Part shown: positions 60,989 through 64,000 of the stretch, in pieces | How positions within the stretch are numbered: position 1 is the stretch's first letter | Layout of the letters: every line of letters starts with the position of its first letter | Source of the DNA: Nitrospirota bacterium | GTDB lineage: Bacteria > Nitrospirota > UBA9217 | DNA length: 64,000 nucleotides | Direction: 5' to 3' | Assembly (NCBI GenBank): GCA_963754875.1 | Contig: CAVWHO010000021.1 | Span: 64,001 to 128,000, forward strand | Notes under the pieces: model-generated | Seen by the model: the letters and a program-made list of their open reading frames with translations, nothing else | The model's database searches: none | Told to the model about the DNA's origin: nothing | Position numbers and translations under genes: made by a program

Positions 60989-62358
60989 GACGGGCGCTCC
61001 ATATTTTTTAAAGTTTTCATAACCGTATTTTTGCCACCATCATACAATTGATAATTGTCAAGCTCGTGATCTCGCGCATTTCTGGCTAATTGTTTGTATA
61101 TCTCAGTTCCGGGAAAAGGAACACACGCCGCTAATTGATAACTGCGGTGCATATTCTCTGCTGAATAGCCGAGATCGTGCAAAATTTTCATATCCTGTTC
61201 GTGTACTTCGTCGGTTTGTCCAGGAAGATCCTTCATCATGGCAACGTGGACCATGAGCTTGGGATGCTTGGCAGTAATATGCGTCAGAGTTGCGACCAGT
61301 GCCTCTGATTCTAGTCCCTTTTTAATATTTTTCAATACCTGTACGTCAAACGTTTCTATACCGAAACGCATGCCCACGCATCCGCACTCCACCATCTTGT
61401 CATAAAGCCAGAGTGGCGAGCAGTCCAACCGTCCCATCATGGTCCAGGGTAAACCTATTTTTTCTAATTCATCACAGAGTTTGCTGATCCTCTCATTGCC
61501 AATGTTGAAGGTATCATCATCAAAAAATATGCTGCGGTATCCGTATTTCTCGACGCACATACGTATTTCCTTGGCCACGCGTGCTGGTTCTCGATATGTC
61601 GTCTTTCCCAGATACATTGTCTGAGGCCACATGCAATAGGTGCATCTGAACGGGCAGCCTTTGCTCGCGTAGATCTGGAGCTGCGGCCGAGCGGTCGGCA
61701 TGGTTGGATCATAATACTTTGTAGCAGCATGATAATCTCGAAACGGGAACGGCAGTGCGTCAAGGTTGTCTACGACCTCTGAATCGTAGATTCCGGGACG
61801 GAGCGTTTTTGCCATTTCAAGGCTGCTCTTTATGTACTCTCCTTTTAAGACGTATTTAATATGGGGATTCTCTTGTTTAATCTTAGCTGCATGGGTTGTA
61901 AGATGCGGACCGGCAAGACAAACATGGGTAAATTCCGCAATTTTTTTTGCCATCCACAGATCGATATCAATCGTAGGTGTTGAGCACTCAATGACAACGA
62001 TATCGGCGCCCTCATTTTTCACTTGTTCGACAAAGCGCGGATAAGAATATTCTTCATCCGCTACTGCGTCAATCACGTTCACTTCAACTCCATGAGCATG
62101 AAGATACGCCGCCGCATACCCCATAATGAAGGGATACGGAGGCCCTCCGTGGGGCGCGTTCATTGTCCAAGGCCAGCGGGAGCCTGCACGTACGCCGTAT
62201 CGAACTCCTTTGCCTATGCCTACACGGCGTGCTATGTTTACGAAGCCGGGGATTTTTCTGTAAAGAGGCTTGAAAACAAAACCGTCAATTTTAAAGTCGT
62301 TATCGGCAGATGAGTGTTCTGAACGGATCACGGGCGGATTCACAAAAAGGATTTTCAT
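60985..62358 (-). CDS. B12-binding radical SAM protein
   Basis: N-terminal B12-like domain (NPP, RAGSRWP, AGPH), SKGCPFRCTYC, FDDDTF, FGIET, PFPGT. Confidence 0.9.
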   Translation of the reverse strand: MKILFVNPPVIRSEHSSADNDFKIDGFVFKPLYRKIPGFVNIARRVGIGKGVRYGVRAGSRWPWTMNAPHGGPPYPFIMGYAAAYLHAHGVEVNVIDAVADEEYSYPRFVEQVKNEGADIVVIECSTPTIDIDLWMAKKIAEFTHVCLAGPHLTTHAAKIKQENPHIKYVLKGEYIKSSLEMAKTLRPGIYDSEVVDNLDALPFPFRDYHAATKYYDPTMPTARPQLQIYASKGCPFRCTYCMWPQTMYLGKTTYREPARVAKEIRMCVEKYGYRSIFFDDDTFNIGNERISKLCDELEKIGLPWTMMGRLDCSPLWLYDKMVECGCVGMRFGIETFDVQVLKNIKKGLESEALVATLTHITAKHPKLMVHVAMMKDLPGQTDEVHEQDMKILHDLGYSAENMHRSYQLAACVPFPGTEIYKQLARNARDHELDNYQLYDGGKNTVMKTLKNMERPS

Positions 62359-63320
62359 GCAATTCCCTCAAGATATGAATAAAGCTCATACATCCGGGAC
62401 TCTATCGATGCATGCTGAGTTACATACTCATAGCCTGTTTCCGCTATTTGCCGCCTGATCTCTTCATGGGAGAGGTAGTAATCAATTTTATCGACCAAAT
62501 CCTGATCCCCGTCAGTAAATACCATGCAATCGCTCATGAATTCTTCAGCAGCCTTCACGCGATCGGTAATGAGAAAACCTTTACATGCCAAAACTTCGTA
62601 GGTGCGAAGAGTGATGACGTCCCAATCTACGCAATCCTGGGCAGTGCAGTTCAGATTGATCTTTGCGCTGCTATAGAGGATCGGCATGGCCTCCTGGGGA
62701 ATTTTGCCGAGCGATCGTTCTTGAAAGATCCTCTGGTATGCAGGTTTTTTTTGCCAGTTTTTCCAAATCTTATATGAATGCTTCGGAATTTTCCAATTCC
62801 CAAAGAGGCCGAAGTTATATCTTGTCGCTGGCAATAAATATTTATTAGTCCGGTCCTCGCCTTTAATGTCGTTCCCGATATAAGACACGTCGAATTCAAA
62901 CTTTTTTTCAATTCGTCTCGGATAAAACGTTTCCCGGTCCACTCCAAAGGGAAGGAAAATACCGGTAAAACCAGCCAGATTATGCAAGGCCAGGAGCCGC
63001 TTCGAAATGAATGCATACCCATCGAACCCTATGTTCTGAAATGTCTTGAGGGCTATTTCCGACCCCTCTCCATAAGCGTTCTGCATGTAGAGCACGTGTT
63101 TTTTCGCCCACGTGTGGTTGGGCCCCGTGTCGTTTAAATAAATCATGACATCCAGTTTATTCGTTGGTAAGTGATTCTGGCCGAACAGCTCGGCAGATTG
63201 AACGCCTCGTATTTTCCTGAGGGCGCGGCACATGGACTCGCCGTTGAGTTCGTCGCCGAGAACGTTCCCTTGCGACCCCAGAGAGCCCTTATTCCACTTT
63301 ATGTACAGACCGATGTGCAT
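62355..63320 (-). CDS. CgeB-like GT-B glycosyltransferase
   Basis: DVSYIGN, YSSAKINLN, RTYEVLAC.GF, IAE.GY..V...H. Confidence 0.82.
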   Translation of the reverse strand: MHIGLYIKWNKGSLGSQGNVLGDELNGESMCRALRKIRGVQSAELFGQNHLPTNKLDVMIYLNDTGPNHTWAKKHVLYMQNAYGEGSEIALKTFQNIGFDGYAFISKRLLALHNLAGFTGIFLPFGVDRETFYPRRIEKKFEFDVSYIGNDIKGEDRTNKYLLPATRYNFGLFGNWKIPKHSYKIWKNWQKKPAYQRIFQERSLGKIPQEAMPILYSSAKINLNCTAQDCVDWDVITLRTYEVLACKGFLITDRVKAAEEFMSDCMVFTDGDQDLVDKIDYYLSHEEIRRQIAETGYEYVTQHASIESRMYELYSYLEGIA

Positions 63321-63392
63321 ATCAATAGTTGTTCAGGATTGCGCGATTAAACCTGCTAGATTTTTCCCAATCCGCCTGCAGCGTTGTATTAT

Positions 63393-64000
63393 TCATGCAT
63401 TTTTCCCGCGCCAAATTGCAGATGGATAAAAGAAAGATTTAATGAACATTTTTACACTGATCCGGTCCTTCGGATAAATGGCAGGTATTATAATTGTTGA
63501 AGTCATTTGGGCAAACAGGGAAGCGACTGCCGCCCCCACGACATCATAGTATTTAATCAAAACGATATTCAAAAGTATGTTTACAACTGCTCCGAGGCTC
63601 GTGCATATCAAACTGAAAAATTGCATGTTTTCCGATTGAATATAGGCGCTCTTTGCAATCCCATAGAACACAAACAAGGCGGTCCATATATGAATGGATA
63701 ATACCGTTCCGGCTCTTACATATTGTTGACCGTATAATTTTGTAATGATGCTGGTCGATAAAAAAGTCAAAGGTACCGCAACTACCAGAGCCGTCCAGAC
63801 CAAGATTGTGTAGAGATGTTGAATTCTTTGAATATATAAGCCATGGTCTTGTTGCTTTGCCTTTATAATCGTTGGGAATACTGATATTACGATCGTACCC
63901 GGAATAAAATACCAGACTTCCGAAACCCGTACTGCTGCTGAATAGATGCCCACTGCTTTATCACCAATCATGCCCCCGAGCATGAGCTGGTCAATCCGCA
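63393..64000 (-). CDS. wzx: Wzx-type polysaccharide flippase, 3' part (begins beyond window)
   Basis: RIDQLMLG, VGIYSAA.R, NILLN..LI, GAA.AS. Confidence 0.88.
   Translation of the reverse strand, partial: RIDQLMLGGMIGDKAVGIYSAAVRVSEVWYFIPGTIVISVFPTIIKAKQQDHGLYIQRIQHLYTILVWTALVVAVPLTFLSTSIITKLYGQQYVRAGTVLSIHIWTALFVFYGIAKSAYIQSENMQFFSLICTSLGAVVNILLNIVLIKYYDVVGAAVASLFAQMTSTIIIPAIYPKDRISVKMFIKSFFYPSAIWRGKNA

Noticed and set aside
1..64000. CRISPR arrays, transposases, phage or defence genes
   Set aside because: No regularly spaced repeats or recognisable protein motifs found by eye

Overview
Bacterial chromosomal segment, mostly minus-strand housekeeping operons. Gene content (futalosine pathway, roadblock proteins, Geobacter-like pilin, REC-PilZ proteins) suggests a Nitrospirota- or Desulfobacterota-like organism; this is inference only. 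Left to right: accB(partial)-efp-pepQ-aroQ-roadblock-TPR operon; 2-oxoacid oxidoreductase beta/gamma; tRNA-Phe; purF-purB-nusB-ribH-ribBA-ribE; an accessory block (OmpA/MotB lipoprotein, GMC oxidase, DUF1847, nitroreductase, four paralogous atypical REC-PilZ genes); accA; phoH-7TM/HD-ybeY-dgkA; cobO; PBP1A; a membrane HAMP-GGDEF plus lipoprotein pair; a sigma54-driven type IVa pilin locus; futalosine genes; an AT-rich convergent spacer with DnaA-box-like and IHF-like motifs; miaB/mtaB; a BirA-controlled bioB-bioW-bioF-fabG-bioD operon; and a surface-polysaccharide cluster with an HpnJ-like B12 radical SAM and a decayed cupin. Six single-base frameshifts in five conserved genes (24.9-43.6 kb) look like sequencing or assembly errors. 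Best candidates for new biology: a membrane-sensor GGDEF carrying the Hypr (cGAMP synthase) Ser signature with a QseG-like lipoprotein, the degenerate REC-PilZ quartet, the radical-SAM sugar module, and the bioA-less biotin operon. No CRISPR array, rRNA or recognisable mobile element was seen.
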